Origin: an uncultured Actinomycetes bacterium | GTDB taxonomy: Bacteria; Actinomycetota; Thermoleophilia; Gaiellales; Gaiellaceae | DNA: 64,000 bases | Assembly: GCA_963717475.1 (NCBI GenBank) | Contig: OY970337.1 | Span: 2,629,653-2,693,652 of the forward strand | Direction of reading: 5' to 3' | In this document: piece after piece, positions 36,517 to 45,632 of the stretch | Layout of the letters: every line of letters starts with the position of its first letter | Position numbering within the stretch: the stretch's first letter is position 1 | The notes under the pieces: generated by a model | Told to the model about the DNA's origin: nothing | Database searches by the model: none | What the model saw: only the letters and a program-made list of their open reading frames with translations | Position numbers and translations under genes: made by a program

Positions 36517-38385
36517 TCACCCCCGGAACGAGACGATTTTTCGCAGGAACAGGGTGCCGATCCCCATCATCACGAGGCCGACGATGATCAGCATGTGGCC
36601 CGTCGACGTATTGAAGAGCGGGGCCATGTAACTCGGGTTCAGCAGCGTCAGCGCGAAGGCGATGAAGAACGGCAGCGCGATCAGCACGTACGCCGAGGCG
36701 CGGCCCATGGCGGTCAGCCCGCGGATCTTGCGCGCGAACTGCTGCCGCTGACGGACAGTGTCGGCGATCATGTCGAACAGGCCGGCCATGCTGCCGCCGA
36801 CCTGGCGCTGGATCGTCACCGCCGTGATCACGAACGAGAAGTCCTTGGAGCCGATCCGGTCGGCCGTGTCGGCGAGCGCCTCGTCCATCGGGCGGCCGAG
36901 CCGGGTGTCGGTGATCACGCGGCTGAGCTCCTTGCTGGCCGGCTCGTGGCCCTCGTCGACGATGGTCTGGAGGCCCTGCTTGAAGCTGTGGCCCGCCTTG
37001 AGCGACGCCGCGAGGGTCACGAGCAGGTCGGGCAGCTGGTCGTCGAACTTCAGCACCCGGCGCTTTGCCTTCGTCGAGACCCAGATGTACGGGATCGCGG
37101 CGCCGACGGCGAGCGCGATCAGGATTCCGAGGGTCGAGCGCCCGGTCAGCGCGGCGAAGAACATGACCAGGAAGCCGCAGCCGCCCATCAGGTAGAAGAA
37201 CTCGACCGTGCGCAAAGGGACATCCGCGCGCTCGAGGCGGACCTGCTGCCTCTTCCAGATGGCGCGGTGGCCGAAGGTCTGCTCCGTGACGCGGAAGACG
37301 CCGGAGAAGGCCGCGAAGCGCTCGCCCTTCTTGCGGCTGCGCTGTGGCCCGCCCTCGACGTGCGGGGCGAGCCGGTTCTTGACCCAGGAGCCCTTGTCGC
37401 CCGCGAGCAGGAAGCCCGCGGCCATCAGGACGAGGAAGGCGATGATCAGGACGAGCACCAGCCCGCCGAGCGACGAGTAGAACGGGTCCGGCAGCGCGTT
37501 GCCGGGCTTGGTCGCGGGCTCGAGATTTCCGGGGACGGTGACGTTGGCAGACGCGGCGCCCTCCGGATCGATCGCGACGCGCAGGTGGAGCCTGTCGCCG
37601 GGCCGGGCCGAGGTCACGTACTGGAGCTCCCACGTGCGCCGGAGCTCTGCGCGGATCGACGCGTACACGCTCTTGAGCGAGCTGGTCGAAGCCACGGCGT
37701 GGTAGGTGCCGCCGGTTCGCTGCGCCATCTGCTGCAGCGGCCCCGCCGTGTCGGCGGAAGCGCCGATGCCGATCGGGTAGACGAGCGCCCCGACCTTGCC
37801 GGCGGAGGCCACCGCGCTGTCGAGCGAGTGGGTGCTGGAGACGTCCTTGCCGTCCGTGAGCAGGACGACGACGCCGGCGCGACCTTCCTGCTCTTTCAGC
37901 AGCCGGGTCGAAAGCGAAAGCGCGTCGTAGAGAGCGGTGCCCGACTTCGTGTCAGGCCCCATCGTCCGGAGCGCGTCGTCGGCGTCGATCGTGGACGACG
38001 AGAAGTCGGTCAGCTGCACGGGCTTCGAGCCGAAGACGACGACCGCGATCTGGTCGCTCGGCGCCTTCGCCTTGACGAAGGCCCGCGCGGCCGCGACCGC
38101 GTCGTCGAGCTTCTTGCCGGCCATCGAGCGCGAGCGGTCGATGGCGATGACGACGCTCTTGGCGGACGCGAGGTTCTGGGCGGTGAGGTCGAGGACCTTC
38201 TGCCCGTTCTCGGTCAGCGTCGGGGGCTGGTCGGAGGCGACCGGCGCGACGACCGTGGCGCGCACCGTCGGGTACCCGCTCGCGTCGACGTTGCGGAGCG
38301 AGACGCTCGCGGTCGCTGCCAGTGGCGCGAGCAGCGCCGCGACGGCGACGACCAGGAGGGACTGAATCAGCCTCCGGCGTCTCAC
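36517..38385 (-). CDS. tadB: Fusion protein: signal peptide + extracytoplasmic von Willebrand factor A domain + TadB-type T2SSF platform domain
   Basis: GTG 38385 overlaps the tadA stop (GTGA). LIQSLLVVAVAALLAPLAATA signal; MIDAS motif VVIAIDRSRSMAG (DxSxS) ..VVLLTDGKD; TM LGGLVLVLIIAFLVLMAAGFLL; then T2SSF LPDLLVTLAASLKAGHSFKQGL..VTIQRQVGGSMAGLF. Confidence 0.8.
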   Translation of the reverse strand: MRRRRLIQSLLVVAVAALLAPLAATASVSLRNVDASGYPTVRATVVAPVASDQPPTLTENGQKVLDLTAQNLASAKSVVIAIDRSRSMAGKKLDDAVAAARAFVKAKAPSDQIAVVVFGSKPVQLTDFSSSTIDADDALRTMGPDTKSGTALYDALSLSTRLLKEQEGRAGVVVLLTDGKDVSSTHSLDSAVASAGKVGALVYPIGIGASADTAGPLQQMAQRTGGTYHAVASTSSLKSVYASIRAELRRTWELQYVTSARPGDRLHLRVAIDPEGAASANVTVPGNLEPATKPGNALPDPFYSSLGGLVLVLIIAFLVLMAAGFLLAGDKGSWVKNRLAPHVEGGPQRSRKKGERFAAFSGVFRVTEQTFGHRAIWKRQQVRLERADVPLRTVEFFYLMGGCGFLVMFFAALTGRSTLGILIALAVGAAIPYIWVSTKAKRRVLKFDDQLPDLLVTLAASLKAGHSFKQGLQTIVDEGHEPASKELSRVITDTRLGRPMDEALADTADRIGSKDFSFVITAVTIQRQVGGSMAGLFDMIADTVRQRQQFARKIRGLTAMGRASAYVLIALPFFIAFALTLLNPSYMAPLFNTSTGHMLIIVGLVMMGIGTLFLRKIVSFRG

Positions 38386-39848
38386 TCGAACCCGCCGAAG
38401 CTCGCCGCCGAGTAGTTCGTGCCGTAGCCGTTCTGGCCGCCGAAGAAGCTCGGCGGCAGGATCACGCCGTTCGCGGCCATCTTCTCGAGGAAGCCCGGCT
38501 TGAGCCCGGTGCACTCGAGGGACCCGAGCAGGCGGGCCGATTTGTTTCCCTCGGCCGCCGCGGCTGCCGCGGACTCCTCGTCCGGCGGCCGGGCGATGAA
38601 GATGTCCTGGAGCGTGATCACGTCCGACTCCATCCGCGAGACCTCGGTGATGTGGGTCAGGCGGCGGGAGCCGTCGACGAGCCTCGAGATCTGGACGAGC
38701 ACGTCGAAGGCGCTCGAGATCTGCTCTCGGATCGCGCGGTGCGGGAGCTCGACGCCGGCCGTCATGACCAGCGTCTCGAGCCTCGCAAGCGCGTCGCGGG
38801 GGGTGTTGGCGTGGATCGTGGTCAGCGAGCCCTCATGGCCCGTGTTCATCGCCTGGAGCATGTCCAGGGTCTCGGCGCCGCGGACCTCGCCGACGATGAT
38901 CCGGTCGGGGCGCATGCGCAGGGCGTTTCGAACGAGCTCGCGGATCCGGACTTCGCCTTCGCCCTCGATGTTCGGCGGGCGCGCTTCGAGCGTGATCACG
39001 TGGCGCTGCTGGAGCTGGAGCTCGGCCGCGTCCTCGATCGTGACGACGCGCTCTTCGCCCGGGACGAAGGCCGAAAGGGCGTTCAGCGTCGTCGTCTTAC
39101 CGGTGCCGGTACCGCCCGAGATCAGCATGTTCAACTTGCCCTTGACGCAGGCCGCGAGGAACTGGGCGGCCTCCGGGCTGACCGTCCCGAACTCGATCAG
39201 GTCGTCCATCGTGTACGGGTCGCGCGAGAACTTTCGGATCGTGAGCGTCGGGCCGCGCAGCGACAGCGGCGGAATGATCGCGTTCACGCGGCTCCCGTCC
39301 GGGAGGCGCGCGTCGACCATCGGCGAGGCCTCGTCGACACGGCGGCCGACCTGCGAGACGATCTTGTCGATGATGCGCAGGAGGTGCGCGTTGTCGACGA
39401 AGGTCACCTCGGCGGGCTCGATCTTGCCCATCCGCTCGATGTAGACGCGGTCGTGGTTGTTGACCATGACTTCCGTGATCGTGTCGTCGCGGAGGAGCGG
39501 CTCGAGAGGCCCGTAGCCGAGGATGTCGTCGGTGATCTCGCGCGTGATCTGCCGGCGCTCCTCACGGGTGAGCGGCGTCCGGTCGAGCGCGAGCTGCTCG
39601 GTGACGACGCGGAGCACCTTTTCCTGCAGGTCCTCCTGCACGCCTTCCTGCGCCTTGCCCGCGGAGAAGAGCTGCGGTCCGAGCTTCGCGATGCAGGCGT
39701 GGTGGATGCGGGTCTTCAGCTCCGCATACGGGTCCGGCCTGCGCTCGGCCGGCTCGGCGTTCTGGTGCCCTGCGAGGGCGTCGAGCGCGTCGACGACCTG
39801 GCCGGGGGCCGAGCCGTTCTGGCGGTGGAGGCGGTCGTGGAGGCCCAC
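38382..39848 (-). CDS. tadA: Tad pilus secretion ATPase (CpaF/TadA family)
   Basis: 488 aa. Walker A is [16 protein letters not shown]; Asp box/Walker B is [10 protein letters not shown]; His box is [13 protein letters not shown]. Confidence 0.9.
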   Translation of the reverse strand: MGLHDRLHRQNGSAPGQVVDALDALAGHQNAEPAERRPDPYAELKTRIHHACIAKLGPQLFSAGKAQEGVQEDLQEKVLRVVTEQLALDRTPLTREERRQITREITDDILGYGPLEPLLRDDTITEVMVNNHDRVYIERMGKIEPAEVTFVDNAHLLRIIDKIVSQVGRRVDEASPMVDARLPDGSRVNAIIPPLSLRGPTLTIRKFSRDPYTMDDLIEFGTVSPEAAQFLAACVKGKLNMLISGGTGTGKTTTLNALSAFVPGEERVVTIEDAAELQLQQRHVITLEARPPNIEGEGEVRIRELVRNALRMRPDRIIVGEVRGAETLDMLQAMNTGHEGSLTTIHANTPRDALARLETLVMTAGVELPHRAIREQISSAFDVLVQISRLVDGSRRLTHITEVSRMESDVITLQDIFIARPPDEESAAAAAAEGNKSARLLGSLECTGLKPGFLEKMAANGVILPPSFFGGQNGYGTNYSAASFGGFE

Positions 39849-39850
39849 GG

Positions 39851-41062
39851 CTAGCTCCGTCCGAGCGTCGCCAGGAAGCTCTTCTTCTGCTTCTCTGCCG
39901 CCTGCGCCGCCACGAGGCTCTTCGCCATCGAGCGCAGCGCCCGGGAGAAGTCGGCCTTCGAGTCGGACAGGACGGCCGGGTTGCCCCGGTTGACCGCGAG
40001 CGGAACCGTGCGGTCGCTCGGGATCTCGAACGCGATCTCCCGGTCGAGCGCGGCCTCGACTTCCTTCGGCTTCATCCCGACCTTCGAGTTCGCGCGGTTG
40101 AGGACGAGCCTCACGCGCTCCTTCGGGAACGAGAGCAGCTCGAGGGTCTGCAGGCTCAGCCGGACGTTCTTCAGGGTCGGCACGTCGAGCCCGCAGAGCA
40201 GGAGCAGCTCGTCGGTTCGGTCGAGGGTGGCCAGCATCGGGCCGTGGAAGAACGGCGAGGTGTCGACGACGATCACGTCGTACGACTCGCGCGCGACCTC
40301 GAGCAGCCGGGCCAGCTTGGCCTCGGTGACGAGCTCGGCGTCCTCCGGGCGCAGCGGCGCCGGGAGCACGTCGAGGCCCGACGCGTGCCGGGTCGTGTAG
40401 CCGGCGAGCTTCTCGGAGTCGAGCTCACCCGGAGCGGTGACGAGGTCGTAGATCGTCTTCTCCGGCTCGATCCCGAGCATGATCGCCGCGTCGCCGAACT
40501 GGAGATCCAGGTCGAGCAGCAGCGTCCGCTTGCCCCAGTGCTTTGCGAGCGAGCTGCCGAGGTTGGTCGCGGTCACGGTCTTGCCGGTGCCGCCCTTGGG
40601 CGAGAACACCGTCACGAGCCGGCCGTGCCGCTGCTGCGATCCCGTGAGGCGCTTGCCGACGTGGCCGGCCTTGCGGATCGCGAAGACGACGTTGTCGGTC
40701 AGCTGCGGGAGGAGCAGGACGTCGGCGACGTCGTGCTCGAGCGCGTCCTCGAGCAGCTCCGGGGAGCCGTTCGAGGCGAGCAGCACGATCGGCGCACGCG
40801 TGTACTCGCGGATCGCCGCGATCTCGTTCACCGGCAGCGTGGCCGAGCGGGTGGCGTGCAGGACGACCTGCAGGTGCCCGCCGGTCAGGGTCGGGGCCGC
40901 CTCGGTGACGGCGCCTGCCGAGCCGACGAACTCGACCTCCGGGTGGTTGGCGAGCGCCTCGCTCAGGTCCGGCAGCCCGTCGCAGTCGCCCGTGATGTAG
41001 ACCCGGGCGCGTTCGCGGGTGGCGACCTGGCGGTCCTCGCTGAGTTGCCTCTCCTCGAGCAT
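39851..41062 (-). CDS. tadZ: TadZ/CpaE: atypical receiver-like domain + ParA/MinD-type ATPase
   Basis: 403 aa. Deviant Walker A is VFSPKGGTGKTVTATNLG; ..LLLDLDLQFGD..; N-terminal CheY-like fold without an obvious acceptor context. Confidence 0.8.
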   Translation of the reverse strand: MLEERQLSEDRQVATRERARVYITGDCDGLPDLSEALANHPEVEFVGSAGAVTEAAPTLTGGHLQVVLHATRSATLPVNEIAAIREYTRAPIVLLASNGSPELLEDALEHDVADVLLLPQLTDNVVFAIRKAGHVGKRLTGSQQRHGRLVTVFSPKGGTGKTVTATNLGSSLAKHWGKRTLLLDLDLQFGDAAIMLGIEPEKTIYDLVTAPGELDSEKLAGYTTRHASGLDVLPAPLRPEDAELVTEAKLARLLEVARESYDVIVVDTSPFFHGPMLATLDRTDELLLLCGLDVPTLKNVRLSLQTLELLSFPKERVRLVLNRANSKVGMKPKEVEAALDREIAFEIPSDRTVPLAVNRGNPAVLSDSKADFSRALRSMAKSLVAAQAAEKQKKSFLATLGRS

Positions 41063-41874
41063 TACTGGCCTCCTCCGAAGTCGGCGAAGAAGCGCTTGAG
41101 CTGCGACGCGCTGAGGCCGTCGCGAAGGATGGTGCCGAGCGTGGTCACGCTCTCCGGGCTGTCGGCGGCGTGGAGCACCGGCCTGAGCTGAAGCGCCCAG
41201 CCGACGCCGTTCGAGCCGCCGTTGCTGCCGCCCGTGGTCGTGACCGTGAAGTTCAGCTTCTGGGCCTGCTGGTCGGTGACCTCGAGCAGGACCGGGAAGG
41301 TGTTGTTGAGCCCGCTCGTCAGCTTCGTGCCGACGGCCGGGGCCGTTGGGGCCTTGAGCACATTGAGGTTGCGCAGGACAACCCGGGTGGCGGCGAAGTT
41401 CTGCGCCGTCTGGCCCTTCTGCTGGTACTTGAACGTGGCGACGAGGTCGACGTGGTCGCCGTCTTCGATCGTGCCGGCGAGCGTCTGGTTCGCGTCGCCC
41501 GTGATCTGCATCGCGCGCAGGGTGCCCTTGAGGTCGCCGCGGACGCCGTTCTGGGCGACCGGGCTGAAGCGGCGGGTCGTGACCTGCTCGCCTTCGAGGG
41601 TCTTCTGCGTCGCGATCAGAGTCGAGATCTGATCAGGGCTGGTGATCGCGCCCGGGACGATGCTGCGCCTCGGGACGTCGATCGACTTGAGCATGTGCGA
41701 CGCCTCGGCGCCGCTCGTGCCTTCCGGGATGTCCTGCTTGGCAACGAGCACCGTGACGTGGTCCTCGCTCCGCTGGACGTGCCGCTTGTAGCTCGTGACG
41801 TAAAAGCTCGTGAGCAGCGCGGCCACGGCCGCGAGGGCGACCGCGATCATGATGTTTCTAGCTCGATATGCCAT
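41062..41874 (-). CDS. cpaB: Flp pilus assembly protein CpaB/RcpC (SAF domain)
   Basis: 270 aa. N-terminal TM IMIAVALAAVAALLTSFYV; SAF-like VLVAKQDIPEGT..L; RcpC-like VVLRNLNVLKAP. Confidence 0.75.
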   Translation of the reverse strand: MAYRARNIMIAVALAAVAALLTSFYVTSYKRHVQRSEDHVTVLVAKQDIPEGTSGAEASHMLKSIDVPRRSIVPGAITSPDQISTLIATQKTLEGEQVTTRRFSPVAQNGVRGDLKGTLRAMQITGDANQTLAGTIEDGDHVDLVATFKYQQKGQTAQNFAATRVVLRNLNVLKAPTAPAVGTKLTSGLNNTFPVLLEVTDQQAQKLNFTVTTTGGSNGGSNGVGWALQLRPVLHAADSPESVTTLGTILRDGLSASQLKRFFADFGGGQ

Positions 41875-41919
41875 GGCTCCGTTTCTCTCTCGTTTCGGGG
41901 TTCTTCTGGTTTCGGCGGA

Positions 41920-42840
41920 TCAGTCCACCAACTTGACGACCCGTGCTCCCAGGTCTGGGTTGGTGCCGTCGGAAGACGTGCTCTCGATCCCGTCCCACAC
42001 GACCTGCGTGAAGTAGCCGGTGATCGAGCCGCTCGAGCCGTTCGCGGTGTGACCCGTCAGGTAGAAGCCGACCCAGCCGACGACGTGGTAGACGGCATTC
42101 GCGCCGCTGCCGGTGAGGATGTCGTAGACCGGGAAGAGCAGGGTCGTGTGCATCCGCTGCTCGAGCGCGTTCTGGACGAGCGAGTCGTTCCACTTGGCGC
42201 CCGTGTCGGACAGGTACGAGCCGATCGGCAGGTAGCCCGAGTAGCCCTTCAGGATCCAGTCGGCGAGCGTCTGGCCTCCGGTGCCGCCCTTGCTGCCGTC
42301 GATGTTCAGCAGGTCGAACGAACCGGGCGCGCCGTTCTTGCCCAGCGGGATCGTCGTCGAGTTGCCGACGCCGAAGCACGGGCAACCGGTCGTTCCCTTG
42401 AGCTTGTCGTGCTTCAGGTTGACGCCGATCGGCGCGACGTACTGCGCCGACTGCATCAGGCTCGCGCGGGCCGTCGCCTTCGAGCCGACGGTCACCGTGT
42501 TGACGCCGAAGAGCTTCGTGAAGACGCCGTTCGCGCCTTTCGAGACGTGAACCTGGATGGTGTCGTTGTCGCCGAGGCTCTTGGTGATGTGAATCTCGGA
42601 CGACGAGAGCCCGCCTCCGTTCTTGTTCGCGTACTGGAGGGCGAGCGAGCTCGCGTTCGCCGGGTCGTAGGGAAGTACCTGGGCGCCGGCGAGGGCCGCG
42701 GCGTCGGCGGTGGACTGTGTTGCGCGGTCGGCGCGGTACCAGGACCCGATGTCCAGGACGAGCGCTGCCATTCCCAGCAGCACCACAAGGAAGATCAGGG
42801 TCACGACCGTCGCCTGGCCGCTTTCTCTGCGAATTCTCAT
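41920..42840 (-). CDS. tadG: TadG-like / Tad_N pseudopilin-like protein
   Basis: ATG 42840 (ATGA overlap with tadE). MRIRRESGQATVVTLIFLVVLLGMAALVLDIGSWYRADRATQSTADAAALAGA has the typical Tad_N (PF13400-like) start. Confidence 0.7.
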   Translation of the reverse strand: MRIRRESGQATVVTLIFLVVLLGMAALVLDIGSWYRADRATQSTADAAALAGAQVLPYDPANASSLALQYANKNGGGLSSSEIHITKSLGDNDTIQVHVSKGANGVFTKLFGVNTVTVGSKATARASLMQSAQYVAPIGVNLKHDKLKGTTGCPCFGVGNSTTIPLGKNGAPGSFDLLNIDGSKGGTGGQTLADWILKGYSGYLPIGSYLSDTGAKWNDSLVQNALEQRMHTTLLFPVYDILTGSGANAVYHVVGWVGFYLTGHTANGSSGSITGYFTQVVWDGIESTSSDGTNPDLGARVVKLVD

Positions 42841-43241
42841 TCCACACGCTCCGTCGTCGTGCTCCTGAGGTTGCCGCTCTTCACGACCAGCCCAAGGAGG
42901 CTGATGCGGTAGGGGTACGTGGCCGTCACGGTCACGTCCGAAGAGGGCTGCCACGTGGAGCTCACGGTCACGCCGAGCTGACCCGGGTTGAGATCCTTCG
43001 CAGAGGCCTTGACCTCTGCGACGACGGCTCCCGAGGGGTTGCTCTGCTCGCGGCCGACGGCGCCCTTGCGGGCACCGGCTCGAGTTGCGTCAACCAGCGT
43101 GACGTAATTGTTGAAAACGATGCCGAACTGGATCACCGCGAACAGCAGCAGCGCGAGGATCGGCAAGGCGAGCGCAAACTCGGTCAGCGACTGGCCCTGC
43201 TCTGAACGAAGCTCGATTGTGCGGCTCTTGCGGTTGATCAC
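42837..43241 (-). CDS. tadE: TadE-like pseudopilin
   Basis: 134 aa. ..EQGQSLTEFALALPILALLLFAVIQFGIVFNNY.. is the TadE N-terminal motif. Confidence 0.8.
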   Translation of the reverse strand: MINRKSRTIELRSEQGQSLTEFALALPILALLLFAVIQFGIVFNNYVTLVDATRAGARKGAVGREQSNPSGAVVAEVKASAKDLNPGQLGVTVSSTWQPSSDVTVTATYPYRISLLGLVVKSGNLRSTTTERVE

Positions 43242-43271
43242 GGGAGTTCGGTTCCTCTGGTCGAAGGGAAT

Positions 43272-43296
43272 GGGCCCCTTCGCGCGGAAGGGGCCC
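43272..43296 (-). terminator. 10-bp GC hairpin between flp and tadE (putative attenuator/partial terminator)
   Basis: On the minus strand: aaaaGGGGCCCCTTC-cgcgc-GAAGGGGCCCattccctt. It lies 20 nt after the flp stop and 31 nt before the tadE start. Confidence 0.45.
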
Positions 43297-43315
43297 CTTT
43301 TCCGGAAGTGCCTGG

Positions 43316-43501
43316 TTACGGCAGGATTCCTGCCACGTTCTCGATGGCGCTGCGGACGTTGTCCGAGAGGAGAGTGATCGCGCCGACGACGGCGAGAGTG
43401 ATGACGGCGAGCACGACTCCGTACTCGGCCATCGTCTGCCCCTCCTCGCGCCGGCGCAACGAGTCGGCGGCGACCTGCACGAAGGTGAAGAGCTTCAGCA
43501 T
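43316..43501 (-). CDS. flp: Flp family type IVb pilin
   Basis: 61 aa. Flp motif ..REEG|QTMAEYGVVLAVITLAVVGAI (G/xxxxEY). Strong SD AAGGGAGGTG. Confidence 0.9.
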   Translation of the reverse strand: MLKLFTFVQVAADSLRRREEGQTMAEYGVVLAVITLAVVGAITLLSDNVRSAIENVAGILP

Positions 43502-43889
43502 TTGGGTTACACCTCCCTTCTTCTCAACTCGATGCGCACGAGACGGCGTGCGCCTTGGGCATGGGGACCGGGGGATGAAGGTGCTTGAGCCCTGCTCGGA
43601 GTCGGCTGTTGATCTTGCGGGCGATGCGTTTGGACACGCGAGCGAAAACCTCCGGTTCGTGTGGCGTGGCCGCGCCGCCTCCTTGGCTCAGTGACGCCAA
43701 CATCGGTTCCGCGTGGCCTCAGGGCTCATCCCTCGGAGGGGTGATCCGCACTGCGGTTCCCCTGAACGGGGGAGAGGGCGGCGGCAGGAAGGCCGATAGC
43801 TCTGCCAAGTCCGTAACGGCCAACGGACCTCAAATCGAGATCCGCGCCGATGTGGCGGCCTCGGCGCCCGACCAACGGGAGCAACGGCA

Positions 43890-45230
43890 ATGCCACGACC
43901 GAACTCTGTGATCAAGCGGCTTCTCTTCCTGGGCCGCGGATGGGATGAGTGGGACAGCAAGGCCCTGCGGGAAGCGCAGGCTCAGCCGGCGCCAAAGCCG
44001 AAGAGCGGCCGCCGTTTCGCGACGACCCTGTCCTTCTCGGCCCTCTTCTTCGCAGGGCTGGCCCTGTCTGCGGGCGCCGGCAACAGCATGCGCTCGCTGC
44101 TCGACGGGACCGACGCGACGTCGTCCTCGACGGCCCAGACCACGCTGACTGCAGCGGAGGTCACGCCGGCGCAGCCGGTGCACGCCGTCGTCCACGTCGG
44201 CAACCGCCAGACGGGCGTCCGCGCCGTCGCCGCGCATGTGTCGCACGGCTCGCAGCTGCACGCGGTCGCGAAGCCGTCGGGCGTTCGGAGCGCAGTTCCG
44301 ACTCCGGCCACCGCCGTCCGCGTCCGGGCCCGGCACACCGGCGGCCACTCGGTCGCAGGGACGGCTGCAGGGGCCCGGTCTCACGCGAAGAAGCCGGCGC
44401 ACAGCCGCGCCAAGCCCGGCCGGCCGGAGAAGTCGCAGCCGCTGGACTCAGAAGGATCCCTTCCGGGCGCGACGGTCTGGCTCTACCAGGCCGCACCCGA
44501 CCCGACTCCGCCCGCGGCCCGGCTCCGGATGCGCTTCGCGCGTGAGCTCGTTGCGCAGTCGCGGGCGGCTAATGTCGACTGGGCGCTCGTCCTCGCGGTT
44601 CTCCGCGCGGGCGGCCACGACGGGCGTTCTCCCGCGAGCATCGCGAACCTCCACTCGCTGTCGCTGCGCCTCGCCGGGCTCGGCGGACGCGCGAACGGCT
44701 GGCAGGCCGCGCTCTCGTACTCGAGCAAGACCGGTTTCGCCGATCGCGTCGTGGCGCTGCGCCACTACTACCGCGCGGTCGGGATGCCGAGCCTCGTGTA
44801 CGGGCTGCTCTCGCAGAAGCGCGACCTCGAGGATCGCGTCCTCCACGACTCGCGGGTCTCGATCTACCCCGGCGGCCGCAGCGATGTCGCGAACCACCGC
44901 GTCGACGTCCGCGTCCTGGCCGTCATGCTCTACCTGGCCGATACGTACCGCTCGGTCACGGCCACGTGCCTGATCAGCGGGCACCGGCTGTTCGCGCGCC
45001 CGGGCGTCGTCTCGGCGCACATCTACGGCCGTGCGGTGGACATCGCCGCCCTCGACGGCGTCTCGATCTACGGGCACCAGCAGCCCGGCGGCATCACGGA
45101 GCAGGCTGTGCGCTCGCTCCTGCTGCTTCCGCCGGAGATGCTGCCCGCGCAGATCATCTCGCTGCTCGGGCTCGGCGGACCGTCCTTCCCGCTGGCCAAC
45201 CACTACGACCACATCCACGTCGGGTACTAG
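43890..45230 (+). CDS. Secreted protein with C-terminal LAS-type (VanY/M15-like) zinc peptidase signature
   Basis: 446 aa. TM/signal FATTLSFSALFFAGLALSAGAG. The C-terminus has ..LISGHRLFARPGVVSAHIYGRAVDIAAL.. and ..HYDHIHVGY, i.e. the H-x(n)-D ... H-x-H metal ligand pattern. Confidence 0.55.
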   Translation: MPRPNSVIKRLLFLGRGWDEWDSKALREAQAQPAPKPKSGRRFATTLSFSALFFAGLALSAGAGNSMRSLLDGTDATSSSTAQTTLTAAEVTPAQPVHAVVHVGNRQTGVRAVAAHVSHGSQLHAVAKPSGVRSAVPTPATAVRVRARHTGGHSVAGTAAGARSHAKKPAHSRAKPGRPEKSQPLDSEGSLPGATVWLYQAAPDPTPPAARLRMRFARELVAQSRAANVDWALVLAVLRAGGHDGRSPASIANLHSLSLRLAGLGGRANGWQAALSYSSKTGFADRVVALRHYYRAVGMPSLVYGLLSQKRDLEDRVLHDSRVSIYPGGRSDVANHRVDVRVLAVMLYLADTYRSVTATCLISGHRLFARPGVVSAHIYGRAVDIAALDGVSIYGHQQPGGITEQAVRSLLLLPPEMLPAQIISLLGLGGPSFPLANHYDHIHVGY

Positions 45231-45628
45231 TGGGTCGACTTCCTGAGATCGCGCTTGCGAATGACGACGGAACGGTCGTCTGCGAGCGGTGCCTCCTCGC
45301 GGAGACACCGCTCGCCCGCATGCGCGGGCTGCTGGGCCGGAGCAGCTTTCCGGCTGGGGAGGGGCTGCTGCTCCGGCCGGCCGCTTCAGTCCACACGGCC
45401 TTCATGCGCTTCCCGATCGACGTCGTCTTCCTGGACTCGAGCGACCGCGTGCTCAAGGTCGTGGCGTCGCTTCCGCCGTGGCGGATGGCGGCCTGCCGCG
45501 GCTCGAGGGCCGTGCTGGAGCTGCCGGCGGGCGAGGCTTCGAGCCGCGGGCTCGCGGCCGGCACCTCGCTGACGCAGGTCTGGCGCACCGCGGGAGCTCA
45601 GCGCCCGCGGGTTCTGCCCTCCCTGTAG
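45230..45628 (+). CDS. DUF192 domain protein
   Basis: GTG 45230 (1-nt overlap with the upstream stop). ..CLLAETPLARMRGLLGRSSFPAGEGLLLRPAASVHTAFMRFPIDVVFLD..VLELPAG.. is typical of DUF192. Confidence 0.7.
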   Translation: MGRLPEIALANDDGTVVCERCLLAETPLARMRGLLGRSSFPAGEGLLLRPAASVHTAFMRFPIDVVFLDSSDRVLKVVASLPPWRMAACRGSRAVLELPAGEASSRGLAAGTSLTQVWRTAGAQRPRVLPSL

Positions 45629-45632
45629 CCGT

